DNA from: an uncultured Thermoanaerobaculia bacterium
Lineage (GTDB): Bacteria > Acidobacteriota > Thermoanaerobaculia > Thermoanaerobaculales > Sulfomarinibacteraceae
Length of the DNA: 38,206 nt
Direction: 5' to 3'
Assembly (NCBI GenBank): GCA_964408845.1
Contig: CAYPBC010000001.1
Coordinates: forward strand, 1 to 38,206
Shown piece after piece: positions 15,906 through 25,171 of the stretch; within the stretch, counting starts at the first letter, position 1; every line of letters begins with the position of its first letter. A model generated the notes under the pieces. The model searched no databases. It was not told where the DNA came from and saw nothing but the letters and a program-made list of their open reading frames with translations. Both the position numbers and the translations under genes were made by a program.

Positions 15906-16757
15906 TTACGACCTCGCTCTGGCGTCTTCAGGCGTCTTTTCAAGAATAAATTCTATCGCCCAAGTGCTCAAATCAGCTATCGAAAACTCCTCTGAGAGTG
16001 CCCGCAAGGTGTCCTCGTCCGGTGTCTCATCGTAGATTCGCTTAAAGGATACACAGCGCAATTTCGAGGCAATGGCCATCTCTTCGATATCCGAAGGTGA
16101 AAGACGGTTCAGATTTTTCGAAAAATGGATGTGTTCTACAATCTTCTTCACGTGATCTGGTGGAACGCAGCGCTCGACAAGTCGTTCGTGGAACTCAACA
16201 GGTGAGAATTGGAGATGCTCCCAGGCATTCACCGGCTGTTCGTCGCCACTTCCATTAAAGAAATACCTGGTCCCATCCTCCGCAACAGTCCACAAGTGGT
16301 GGCCTTTCGAACCAGTCCATACGGGCCCGCCGTGGATAAGCGCCCTACCACCAGGTTTGAGCAATTCGGCGATCTTGTCGAGGACCGAAGGGATGTTCAG
16401 GATGTGTTCAATCACGCACGTGCTAAGGACGATGTCAATGCACCCGGTCTTGATATCGACATCCTCAGCAAACGACCCGTAAAGGCGGACATGAGGGTTA
16501 TTAAACTCTTGAATCTTTGTTTGATACCAGGGCTCAGCAAACCAGGGATTTGCCACGATCACATCTTCTGCACCCAATGCGAGACAGGCTAATGCTTCGT
16601 GTTCGGTTCCACCAACTATGAACACTCTTCCGTGAATACCCGGGTTTCTTGAAGCTCTTTGATAAAACGATCTCAAGTAAGGGTGTAACCCGTCAACTCG
16701 GTTCAGAGGCGATTCACCCAAAGAGTCTGTTTGCGACATCTTCTTCTGTTCTTTCAT
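15906..16757 (-). CDS. Class I SAM-dependent methyltransferase (low-GC gene)
   Basis: Motif I-like VFIVGGTEHEA, IDIVLSTCVIEH, LKPGGRALIHG. GC is visibly lower than the flanks, with AGA and TTA codons. Confidence 0.75.
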   Translation of the reverse strand: MKEQKKMSQTDSLGESPLNRVDGLHPYLRSFYQRASRNPGIHGRVFIVGGTEHEALACLALGAEDVIVANPWFAEPWYQTKIQEFNNPHVRLYGSFAEDVDIKTGCIDIVLSTCVIEHILNIPSVLDKIAELLKPGGRALIHGGPVWTGSKGHHLWTVAEDGTRYFFNGSGDEQPVNAWEHLQFSPVEFHERLVERCVPPDHVKKIVEHIHFSKNLNRLSPSDIEEMAIASKLRCVSFKRIYDETPDEDTLRALSEEFSIADLSTWAIEFILEKTPEDARARS

Positions 16758-16904
16758 ACTTTGGATTTAAACGCCGAATGGTGGCCAGGAATGTCATTTT
16801 CCGGTTCCTCTCAGAGAGAGAGTCTACCACCCTGCCTGGGAGCCGGCTTGGGGACTGCGGGACTCTTTCTTGGGGAAGGAAGCAACCGGGCTCGACGTTT
16901 CGAG

Positions 16905-17858
16905 TCACCCGTTGTCGCTCGCGCGAAGAGCCCTGACGGCTTCGGGCAGGGAAGCCACGCGCCGCAGGAAGAGAACGAGCATTCCCGCCGGCACCTCCAG
17001 GAGGCTGAACCCCGCCACCCGCCGGTGACGGAGGAGCCGCTGCCAATCCAGCAGCGTCCGGCCAAGGGTCGCCGCGATCACGCCGGGGACGCCGGCGCGA
17101 ACGAACGCCGCATACCGTATCGAAGGCTCGATCTTCCGCGCTTCGACGAAGCTCCTGCCATAGCGTTTCGCCCTGTCCAGCAGATCCTTCATCTCCACCG
17201 ACGGCCGGTGGACGACGGCGACTCCAGGATCGTAGATCAGCTTCGCGCCCTTCCGGCGCAGCGTCTCGGCGAAGAGGGTATCCCCGCCGGCGCGGGCGAG
17301 ACGCGGATCGAATCGCACCCCACCCAGAACCGTCCGCGTCAGGCCCATGTTGCAGGTTGGGATGGCACGAACCTCCTTGAGTTGAAGACCCTGGTACTCA
17401 CCGAAGTCGGCAATACCGGTCAAACGCTGCCAGAAGCTCCCGCGGTGCAGCACCCTGCCGCCGATCACGGTGTTGGGCTCGTCGATCAGCCGCTCGGTCA
17501 TCCGCGCCAGCCAGTCCGGGAACGCTGTACAGTCCGAGTCAATGAAGGCGATGATCTCGCCCGTGCTCTCCTCGATCCCGCGGTTCCGCGACACATCAGC
17601 GCCCTCGTTGGACTTGCTGATCACCCTCATGCCCGGAAACTCATTTCGGAGCACATCGGCCGTGCCGTCGGTGCTGCCGTCATCCACCACCACGACCTCG
17701 GTCGTCGCCGCCGGGTAGTCCTGCTCCGCGAGTGACTGCAGGCAACCGACGAGGTTGTCGAGATCGTCGTAGGTAACAATGACCACGCTTACGCGAGGAT
17801 GAGCCGGCCCCCGTTCGCCGTCCCCCATGCGCGCATGCGCCTGGCGATGCTCGTTCAT
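16905..17858 (-). CDS. GT2-family glycosyltransferase
   Basis: VSVVIVTYDDLDNLVGCLQSLAEQDYP...EVVVVDDGSTDGT and FIDSDC (DXD). The start overlaps the upstream stop as ATGA. Confidence 0.85.
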   Translation of the reverse strand: MNEHRQAHARMGDGERGPAHPRVSVVIVTYDDLDNLVGCLQSLAEQDYPAATTEVVVVDDGSTDGTADVLRNEFPGMRVISKSNEGADVSRNRGIEESTGEIIAFIDSDCTAFPDWLARMTERLIDEPNTVIGGRVLHRGSFWQRLTGIADFGEYQGLQLKEVRAIPTCNMGLTRTVLGGVRFDPRLARAGGDTLFAETLRRKGAKLIYDPGVAVVHRPSVEMKDLLDRAKRYGRSFVEARKIEPSIRYAAFVRAGVPGVIAATLGRTLLDWQRLLRHRRVAGFSLLEVPAGMLVLFLRRVASLPEAVRALRASDNG

Positions 17859-19204
17859 CGCTCGGCCCGTAAGTTCGAATTGCCGCCGGCCATATCAGGG
17901 TTGGGCGAAATGCTGAGGAAGTCCTCGGCGATGAGGCTGCCGGCGAGCGCCGCACTCTCCTCGACCTCAGGGAGAACCTCCTGCAGATGCTCGCGGATCT
18001 TCGCCTCATCTCGGGATAACGCCTCGAACCGATTCGTGAGCGTCTCCAGCGAGAGGTCCTCGATGGGAACCACGAAGTCTTCGAGACCGAGAGCCGCCAT
18101 GATGCCCCGGGTTTTTGGCTGGTAGGCGATAGCTACGGTCGGCACTCCGAGCGACAGGGCAAAGATGTTGGAGTGCATGCGCGTGCCAACGAAATAATCC
18201 ATCCGGCCGCACTGCCACTTGATCTCCTCCGGGCCCAGCTCGTCCTCCACAATCCGGACCCGGTCGTGGCGAGCCACCGAGGCGACCACGCTGCGGGCCG
18301 CCTCCCGGTCGTCGTCCTCGCCCTCTGCGTACGTGACCTGGGGCAGGAAAACGACCTCGGCACCCCATTCCTCGACCAGCCAGTCCACGAATGACGCCAT
18401 GGTTCGCTCGTACTCCACCTGCTGGTCGGGATTCCGAAACCACTTCCTGACCGTCATACCGATCGTGGGCTTGCCTCTCGTGCCAACGATTCCGAGGCCT
18501 CCGTCGGGCGGGCACGCCTCGAGAAGGAAGGCGGCATCGGTCGCGTTCTGAACCGGTGTCGGCAGATGCCAGCCATCCAGCAGCCGCCTCGACACACCCT
18601 CTCGAACCTCCACCAAGCGCACCCTGGAGAGCGCCTGGCGCACGATCCATGCCTGCAACGTGCCGGCGAAGGGGCCGATGGACTGGGCGTAGAGAGAGAC
18701 CGGCTTGCCGAGCAGTACTCCGAAGAAGAAGCTGTAGACGGTGATCAGCAGCACCACGTTGCCGTGGATCGCCGAGGTCGTGTAGAGGTAACCCCCGCCG
18801 GCCGCAACCACCAGATCCGCACGGGCGTAGGCCCGCATCAGCTCGCGAAGAGGCCAGGGGAGCGAAAGGTCGAGCCCCCCCAGCCGCCAGGCGATGGCCC
18901 ACAGCAGGCTCAAAGGCAGCAACACGACGAGGAAGTACAGGGAATTGACACTCGAGCTGCTCGAAAACCTGTTCTTGAGCGAGTGAAAGGACGGAAGCAC
19001 CTGCACGGGATAGCGCGCCGTGTCGGCTGGGTAGTCGGCCGACGAGACCCGGATCTCCGCCTCCCGAAAAACCTCGGTGCGGCGCAGACTCTCCGCCATG
19101 CCGAGGATGATTGCTGCATCCCCCCGATTGCTAGCGCTGTACGCATTGGTGATGAGAATCTCCGTCATTGTCCCAGTCGAGTTTAGCAGTGGGTACCACC
19201 CCAC
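17855..19204 (-). CDS. Polysaccharide pyruvyl transferase family protein (WcaK/CsaB-like)
   Basis: ILITNAYSASNRGDAAIILG near the N-terminus and DYFVGTRMHSNIFALSLGVPTVAIAYQPKTRG near the C-terminus. The ORF track begins at GTG 19204; ATG 19168 (MTEILITN) is an equally good start. Confidence 0.75.
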   Translation of the reverse strand: MGWYPLLNSTGTMTEILITNAYSASNRGDAAIILGMAESLRRTEVFREAEIRVSSADYPADTARYPVQVLPSFHSLKNRFSSSSSVNSLYFLVVLLPLSLLWAIAWRLGGLDLSLPWPLRELMRAYARADLVVAAGGGYLYTTSAIHGNVVLLITVYSFFFGVLLGKPVSLYAQSIGPFAGTLQAWIVRQALSRVRLVEVREGVSRRLLDGWHLPTPVQNATDAAFLLEACPPDGGLGIVGTRGKPTIGMTVRKWFRNPDQQVEYERTMASFVDWLVEEWGAEVVFLPQVTYAEGEDDDREAARSVVASVARHDRVRIVEDELGPEEIKWQCGRMDYFVGTRMHSNIFALSLGVPTVAIAYQPKTRGIMAALGLEDFVVPIEDLSLETLTNRFEALSRDEAKIREHLQEVLPEVEESAALAGSLIAEDFLSISPNPDMAGGNSNLRAER

Positions 19205-19288
19205 AGCAGAGGGGGTGGATTTTCCGCTTCTGTTATCTTTCCTAAGCTGTCTTGCCTTGCGACGGCGTCTATCGGAGGACAGTGGTCA

Positions 19289-21730
19289 ATGCAGATCTCA
19301 AGAACAATTTGCCTCGGCGTCGGAGCGGCTCTCCTGCTCGCCTCAGCGGGATGTGCGAGTAGCTCCTCGAAGAAACCCTACGTTGGGCCCACGAAGAGCG
19401 CCTTGGTCACCGCAGATTTGCCCCCACTCGTGTACGACTGGCCGCTGGATGTCCAAAGGTATTGGGTTGGACCGGACTTTTGGGCCAACCGGGTCCAGGA
19501 TTGGCAGGTAACCGGCGGCCGGCTCGTCTGTCTTGCAACTAGCCGGCGCCAGCCGCTGCGCACGGCACATTGCATCACCCGGGAAATCGCACCAGGAGCG
19601 GAGAGCTTTCACATCTCCGTGCGCCTCGGCCTGGTGGCCGAGAACAACCACCGGGGATGGAGCGGCATCATCTTCGGCGTCGGAGGTGGAGAGCTCGACC
19701 ACAAACGCGCCGCGATGGTCCACCACAATCCCGGCCCCGGCGGGGGCATCCTGGCAGCCTACAAGCTCATCGGAGGGGTCGAGTTCTTCGACAATAACGA
19801 AGACACACGGACGTTCTACAGAGCCTCCTCGCTCGAGGCAGACGGCGACGCGGCTCAACACCAGCGCACGGCGGACGAGGATGTGCGGCTCGACCTGCGC
19901 GGGACGCCTGCAGGTGATGGCCTCTTTGATCTCAGGTTGTCGGCGACCGATCTCATAACGGGACGCCTGATCGATGAAAAGACCCTTCGCGGGGTTCCTG
20001 AAGCGGACATTCTCGGGGGAATCGGTCTCTTTGCCCACCCGAAGTCAGAGGGAGAGGCCGCACAGTTCTGGTTCGACGAGTTCAGAGCCGGCGGCGCCAA
20101 GGTCGCGGTCCACCCGGAAAGGGCCTTCGGTCCGGTCGCAAGCACCCTGTACAGCCTCGCCGACAAAACCCTCAAGCTCTCCGCTCAATTTGTCTTGCTG
20201 GGCGAGGGGGAACCTCTGGAAGCCACCCTGCAGAAAAGACTCAGCGGGACTGACCACACGTGGCAGGAAGTGGCGTCCGCGCAGATCGTCATTCCGGGAT
20301 GGACCGCCCTGTTTCGCTGCGAGGATTGGGACGATTCGAGGGCATGGGACTTCCGCGTGGTGTATCGTGATGGCGAGGGCGCAACCCATAGATACTCCGG
20401 GGTGATTGGCAAACCTCCCACCGATCAGGATGAGGTGGTGATGGCGGCCTACACCGGCATGATGATCATGGGTATTCCCGCGGACTTCAGTTGGGGGAGC
20501 AAGGGCTATGGACTCCCCGAAAGCCGGTGGATCAAGGAGAACCTCTGGTTCCCACACGAGGATATCGTCAGGAACACCCTGGCCTTGGGCGCCGACATCC
20601 TCTTCTTCACCGGCGACCAGATCTACGATTCGGGGAACCCCACGGCAGGCGACTCCTCTTCACTCATCTTGGACTACATGAACCGCTGGTACTACTGGTG
20701 CTGGGCCTTCGGTGAGCTGACGCGGCAGATGCCGGCAATTCTTCAGGTGGACGACCACGACGTCTACCAAAGCAACATCTGGGGTTGGGGCGGAAAGCGC
20801 AACACAGCCCGCGATGTGGCGCTCGGCGGATACCTGCAGGGGCCCGCGTTCGTGAACATGGTCCAAAGGGTGCAATGTGGGCACGACCCTGACCCGTACG
20901 ATCCGACCCCCGTCGAGCAGGGGATCACCGTCTACTACACGGGTTTCGAATATGGGGGGGTTGGATTCGCGGTGATCGAGGACCGCAAGTTCAAGACGCC
21001 ACCGGGGTATGACGGAGACCGGCCAGTCTTGCTCGGTGATCGACAGCAGCGGTTTTTGGCCGAGTGGGCCGAGGACTGGGAAAACCAGGACCTCAAGGTA
21101 TGCGTGAGCCAGACCAACTTTGGGTCCATTCTGACTTACGCGGGCGGTGGTCTCGGCGGGAGTAGGGATACTAATGCGGCGCCGGTCGAAGGGCGTCGTC
21201 GCGCATTGAAGTCCCTGCGCGTGGCCGGGGCCGTCGTTGTTGCCGGCGATACCCATCTGGCCACGCTTGTGCGGGCGGGGATCGACACGCCCACCGACGG
21301 CGTCTACATGTTCACTGTTCCGCCCGTCGCCAACAAGTTCCGGCGGTGGTTCGACCCCGCGTGGCCGGGCGAGAACCACCCCGACGGTGCACCGAACTAC
21401 GTCGGCGACTTCACAGACAGATTCGGGAATCCGATGCGCGTGCTTGCGGTGGCAAATCCGACGGTCTCCCAGGCCGAGGTCGAGTCCTGGAATGCCGAGC
21501 GGGGGCGCAGGGACTCGTTCGGGGTGATCGGGCGGGAGTTCGTTCGCGACGGATTCGGGATCGTGAGACTCAACAAGCGGGAACGGACCGTGCGCTTCGA
21601 GTGCTGGCCGTGGAACGCAGATATCACCGAGGGCGACGCTGCCCAGTTCGAAGGCTGGCCGGTAACGATCAGAGTCGAGGCGCCGTTGAAGAAAAGACAA
21701 CCGCGCAACCAAAACCGAGAGTCGGATTAG
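19289..21730 (+). CDS. Lipoprotein with PhoD-like metallophosphatase domain
   Basis: Signal peptide plus lipobox LLLASAGC. GGAGGA upstream. C-terminal half has FFTGDQIYDSG, LQVDDHDVYQSNIWG, VIEDRKFK and VVAGDTHLATLV, which resemble PhoD-type phosphodiesterase or phosphatase motifs. The N-terminal ~380 aa are unassigned. Confidence 0.55.
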   Translation: MQISRTICLGVGAALLLASAGCASSSSKKPYVGPTKSALVTADLPPLVYDWPLDVQRYWVGPDFWANRVQDWQVTGGRLVCLATSRRQPLRTAHCITREIAPGAESFHISVRLGLVAENNHRGWSGIIFGVGGGELDHKRAAMVHHNPGPGGGILAAYKLIGGVEFFDNNEDTRTFYRASSLEADGDAAQHQRTADEDVRLDLRGTPAGDGLFDLRLSATDLITGRLIDEKTLRGVPEADILGGIGLFAHPKSEGEAAQFWFDEFRAGGAKVAVHPERAFGPVASTLYSLADKTLKLSAQFVLLGEGEPLEATLQKRLSGTDHTWQEVASAQIVIPGWTALFRCEDWDDSRAWDFRVVYRDGEGATHRYSGVIGKPPTDQDEVVMAAYTGMMIMGIPADFSWGSKGYGLPESRWIKENLWFPHEDIVRNTLALGADILFFTGDQIYDSGNPTAGDSSSLILDYMNRWYYWCWAFGELTRQMPAILQVDDHDVYQSNIWGWGGKRNTARDVALGGYLQGPAFVNMVQRVQCGHDPDPYDPTPVEQGITVYYTGFEYGGVGFAVIEDRKFKTPPGYDGDRPVLLGDRQQRFLAEWAEDWENQDLKVCVSQTNFGSILTYAGGGLGGSRDTNAAPVEGRRRALKSLRVAGAVVVAGDTHLATLVRAGIDTPTDGVYMFTVPPVANKFRRWFDPAWPGENHPDGAPNYVGDFTDRFGNPMRVLAVANPTVSQAEVESWNAERGRRDSFGVIGREFVRDGFGIVRLNKRERTVRFECWPWNADITEGDAAQFEGWPVTIRVEAPLKKRQPRNQNRESD

Positions 21731-22860
21731 GTCTTTTGGCCGAATCGGCCAAACCGATGTCTCGTCATCTCCAACAATGTCCGCGGCAGGTCCTTCTCGA
21801 TCTCCCAGCGCGTCCGCGTGTACGGGGGGCAGTGCCGGCACTCGGCCTGCTGCAGGTCCCGTTTTCGGTACTCGAGGTTGCTCGGGTCGTAGTAGATCTC
21901 CCGCGGCGAATCGTCCAGACAGCTGCCGATCTCCTTGCTGTGCGAGCAGTAGTAGAGCCGGCCGTCGTGACCCAGGAGAAGACCGCCCATGGCGTAGTGG
22001 CAAGCCAGGGACCTCGTCTTCCGCCCCTCCAACATGGCCGCGAGCTCACGGTACTTGCCCGCCGAGGCCGCAGACTGAGAGGGGTCCTCCACGAGGCTAC
22101 GCAGGAAATCGATCAAGGGCTTCTGGCCGTCGGGATCCACGAAGGCCTCGTCCAGCCCCTCGGTGCGGAACCTGCGTCTGCGCTCCCCGACCACGAAGCT
22201 GAGGGGGATCCCCCGACCTTGGGCCCACTTTCTCAGCTGTCCGGCGCTGGTGAGGTTCTCCGACAGCAGAACGCAGTTCATCGAAAAGCTCAGCTGTTCT
22301 TCATCGCGAAGCTCCTCCAGAACCCCGATCGTCTGTTCGATCTTCTCGAAGGCTCCCTCCACACCGTAGATCCCCGCCAGCGTCTCGCCCATGCCGTGCA
22401 CGGAAACCGACACATCCAGAAGCGCGCCGGCGCTTAGTGCACGGTCCGCGATCTCGGGAAGTACGGTGCGTATGCGCTGGGTGAGCAGGCCGTTGGTGGT
22501 CAGGCTGAGGCGTTTGACCGTCCGGCACTCCTCCAGAAACACCGCACTCAGCTCCGCCAAGTCATCGCGAAGGAACGGCTCGCCCCCGCTGATTCCGACA
22601 AACTCCATACACGAAAACAGCCGGTCGCCCACGATCCCGCTCAGCGCTTCGGGCGACAGCTCCTCGGCGCGAGTTCCGGTCTCCTTCCAGATGCCGCACA
22701 TCACGCAGCGCGCGTTGCACCGGTGGGTCGAGATGAAGTCCATCGCGCGCGGGAGACCTGGCTGGGAGCGCAGGGGCTCGACGAGGTTGTGGCGAAACCA
22801 CACCGCAGCCGCCTCGGCGGCCAGGGAAACTGTTTCGCGGGCCGAACGCCGGCGGCTCAT
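21727..22860 (-). CDS. Radical SAM / SPASM-domain enzyme
   Basis: ORF 21727..23601 trimmed to ATG 22860 (MSRRRSARE), which overlaps the upstream stop as ATGA. CX3CX2C read as THRCNARCVMCGIW. ISGGEPFL. C-terminal pattern CHYAMGG...GRLYYCSH...GSC...AECRHCPPY. Confidence 0.8.
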   Translation of the reverse strand: MSRRRSARETVSLAAEAAAVWFRHNLVEPLRSQPGLPRAMDFISTHRCNARCVMCGIWKETGTRAEELSPEALSGIVGDRLFSCMEFVGISGGEPFLRDDLAELSAVFLEECRTVKRLSLTTNGLLTQRIRTVLPEIADRALSAGALLDVSVSVHGMGETLAGIYGVEGAFEKIEQTIGVLEELRDEEQLSFSMNCVLLSENLTSAGQLRKWAQGRGIPLSFVVGERRRRFRTEGLDEAFVDPDGQKPLIDFLRSLVEDPSQSAASAGKYRELAAMLEGRKTRSLACHYAMGGLLLGHDGRLYYCSHSKEIGSCLDDSPREIYYDPSNLEYRKRDLQQAECRHCPPYTRTRWEIEKDLPRTLLEMTRHRFGRFGQKT

Positions 22861-24329
22861 GCCCCGGCTGCCTCCGCAGGCTTCGCAGACCGCCGGCTCC
22901 CCGGCAAGAACCGGCGCTTGAGCTTGCGCCACAGCAACGGGCCGCCGATAGCGGGTGGGATGCTGATGAAGTGCGTGCCGAAGTTGATGCACGTCATGTA
23001 CATGAGCTCGAAGAACCGGTTGGGCGGGAGCTTGATCAGTAGCCGGATCACGGGCTTCAACCACGGGAACCAGACCACTAAGGGGAAGAACTTGTGGAGA
23101 TTCTCGATCTGCCGGATTTCCCCCGCGTCGTTGCCCTTCAGGGCGGTGGTGAATCCGAACCCGCCCTGGGAGACCCTCTCCAGATGATCGTCCTCCAGAA
23201 GGCCGAGATCCTCTGCAATCTCGTGGATCTCGGTTCCTGGGAAGGCCTGGAGAATCGCCGCGGAGGCATAGTTGGGGCGGGCACGGATGTTCAGATCCAC
23301 GGTCTCCCAATCCTCGTCGATCGTTCCCCCGGGGATGGCCAGGATGTTGGCGGTCACAAGCTTGATCTTGGCCCCACGGATGATCCTCGCAGCCTCGAGG
23401 ATCTGCTCCGAGGACATGCGGCGCTTGAGGATCTCCAAGCGCAGGCGGTCGTTGCCCGCCTCGATCCCCATCATGATCCGGTGACAGCCGGCTTCCTTCA
23501 GGCTCCTGACAATCTCCTCGGTGACCAGGTTGGCCCTGACGAGGCACGTGAACGGGAGACCGATCTCCTCCCGATACCTGCGCGAGAACTCCTTCACCCA
23601 TTCGGGCAGGAGGATGAAGAGGTCGTCCATAAAGCGGATGAACCCGCAGCCGTCCTCCTTGAGCTGTCGCAGCTCGCGCATCACATGATCGACGCTACGC
23701 CGCCGGACCACATTGCCCTTGCCCGCGTAGAGCTTGTGATAGACGTGGTTGTAGCAGTAGCTGCAGTGGTAGGGGCAGCCACGACCGGTCATGACGATGG
23801 CGTGCGAGATTGACTGGTCGGCGGCGCGACGGAAGATGCCGCGGTCTGGAACCGGAAGCTCGTCGAGGTCCTCAATGAGGGGGCGAACCGCGTTGCGGTG
23901 GATGGTGCCGTTGTCCTTGATCCACCAGTTTTCGAGCGATTTGACGGACTCGCCTGCCGCACGAGCCATGACCAGCTCGAGCATCGGGTACTCGCCCTCC
24001 CCGACACAGACGCCGTCGACGCCCTCCTCCTCGACCATCTTGGGGAAGTAGGTCGGATGGGTCCCTCCGAAGACCGAAAACACCTGTGGGTGCCTCCGCT
24101 TGAGCTGCCGGTTGAGCTCGACGTAGACCGTCGCCAGGGCGGACGGGGTGCTGTAGGCGAGGATGACCTCATCGTCGCGCTCGACCCTCTTCGAGATAAG
24201 CTCGAGGTCGGTTGGAACGACCTCCGTCGAGATGCCGTGCTCCTTGAGCACGGCCGAGATCGTCATGATCCCCAGATACTGGCTGTGATCCATCTCGAGC
24301 TGATGGACCGGCCACAAGACGAGCATCAC
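22857..24329 (-). CDS. B12-binding-domain radical SAM enzyme (class B type)
   Basis: N-terminal Rossmann-like part ending VFGGTHPTYFP...VCVGEGEYPMLEL, then MTGRGCPYHCSYCYN (CX3CX2C). Start is GTG 24329 or ATG 24326 (GTGATG), overlapping the upstream stop. Confidence 0.85.
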   Translation of the reverse strand: MMLVLWPVHQLEMDHSQYLGIMTISAVLKEHGISTEVVPTDLELISKRVERDDEVILAYSTPSALATVYVELNRQLKRRHPQVFSVFGGTHPTYFPKMVEEEGVDGVCVGEGEYPMLELVMARAAGESVKSLENWWIKDNGTIHRNAVRPLIEDLDELPVPDRGIFRRAADQSISHAIVMTGRGCPYHCSYCYNHVYHKLYAGKGNVVRRRSVDHVMRELRQLKEDGCGFIRFMDDLFILLPEWVKEFSRRYREEIGLPFTCLVRANLVTEEIVRSLKEAGCHRIMMGIEAGNDRLRLEILKRRMSSEQILEAARIIRGAKIKLVTANILAIPGGTIDEDWETVDLNIRARPNYASAAILQAFPGTEIHEIAEDLGLLEDDHLERVSQGGFGFTTALKGNDAGEIRQIENLHKFFPLVVWFPWLKPVIRLLIKLPPNRFFELMYMTCINFGTHFISIPPAIGGPLLWRKLKRRFLPGSRRSAKPAEAAGA

Positions 24330-25171
24330 TTCTCCAAGACGGCGACGAGGCGCGTCACCACGTACTCACGCAGGAACGTAGAGCGGGTCAGGAACGATCC
24401 GAGACCCCCGGGGGTCTTGAGGCGCACCAGCCTCGCCCTGAAAACTGTTTCCCGAACGAGGCGCAGGAACTCAGCGATCGTCATGCGGTTGAGATCCCAC
24501 AGCTCGGCGACGGTTTCCGCATTCATGATACATCGGGCCCGCATCCGGGTGCAGTATGTCTCCCCCTTCGCGAGCTGTCGCTCATGCCTGGTTCGCCGAA
24601 CGTCCAGCAGCTCCCGTTTCGGAAAGAGGACGTGGGCCCAGGGAACCCGGATGTGGGTAAAGAGATGCGCCCCCCACGGCGAGAGGTACGGCGGAAAGCC
24701 GACCAGGGCCATTCCCCCGTAACGGAGAACCCTGGCGCACTCGAGGAGCGCCGCCAGCGGGTCCTCCAGGTGCTCGATCACGTCTGCCAGAACGACGAGG
24801 TCGAAATGGTCCCCGGGGAATCCGAGGGAGGAGACCGACTGGGCGGCAAACGACACATTCGCGATTCCGGCCTCGACCGCCAGGATCCGCGCCCAGTGAA
24901 TCTTCTCGGGATCGGTGTCGACGCCGACGACCTCAGCGGCGCCGGAGGCGGCCATGGCAACCGTCTTGGCGCCGAGGCCGCAGCCCACGTCTAGGACCCG
25001 TCTCCCTTCGATCTCGTTCAGGGGCGCGAACTCGTCGAGGAACTCGGTGCCGCGGCCGAGGCTCCGCTTCAGGAATTCGATCATGTCCGTGCGGTCGTCC
25101 ACCGCTGGAGCAGGAGCGATCCGATTCAAAGGGGGCACGGAGAACAGCCTATTTACAGTGCGGCACAGCAT
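24326..25171 (-). CDS. Class I SAM-dependent methyltransferase
   Basis: Motif I VLDVGCGLGAKT, then VVGVD, FDLVVLADVIEHL and LRYGGMALV. Alternative start ATG 25084 (MIEFLK) would remove the 19-nt overlap with the upstream gene. Confidence 0.8.
   Translation of the reverse strand: MLCRTVNRLFSVPPLNRIAPAPAVDDRTDMIEFLKRSLGRGTEFLDEFAPLNEIEGRRVLDVGCGLGAKTVAMAASGAAEVVGVDTDPEKIHWARILAVEAGIANVSFAAQSVSSLGFPGDHFDLVVLADVIEHLEDPLAALLECARVLRYGGMALVGFPPYLSPWGAHLFTHIRVPWAHVLFPKRELLDVRRTRHERQLAKGETYCTRMRARCIMNAETVAELWDLNRMTIAEFLRLVRETVFRARLVRLKTPGGLGSFLTRSTFLREYVVTRLVAVLEK

Noticed and set aside
20660-22437. 447-aa minus-strand ORF (20660..22003) and 363-aa plus-strand ORF (21346..22437)
   Set aside because: They are antisense or off-frame to the PhoD-like and SPASM radical SAM genes, which carry clear motifs. 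Their compositions are typical of spurious GC-rich ORFs.
22861-23601. N-terminal extension of ORF 21727..23601 (624 aa)
   Set aside because: The extension overlaps the B12 radical SAM gene in another frame and is low-complexity. The ATG at 22860 forms an ATGA junction with the upstream stop and precedes the cluster motif at a normal distance.
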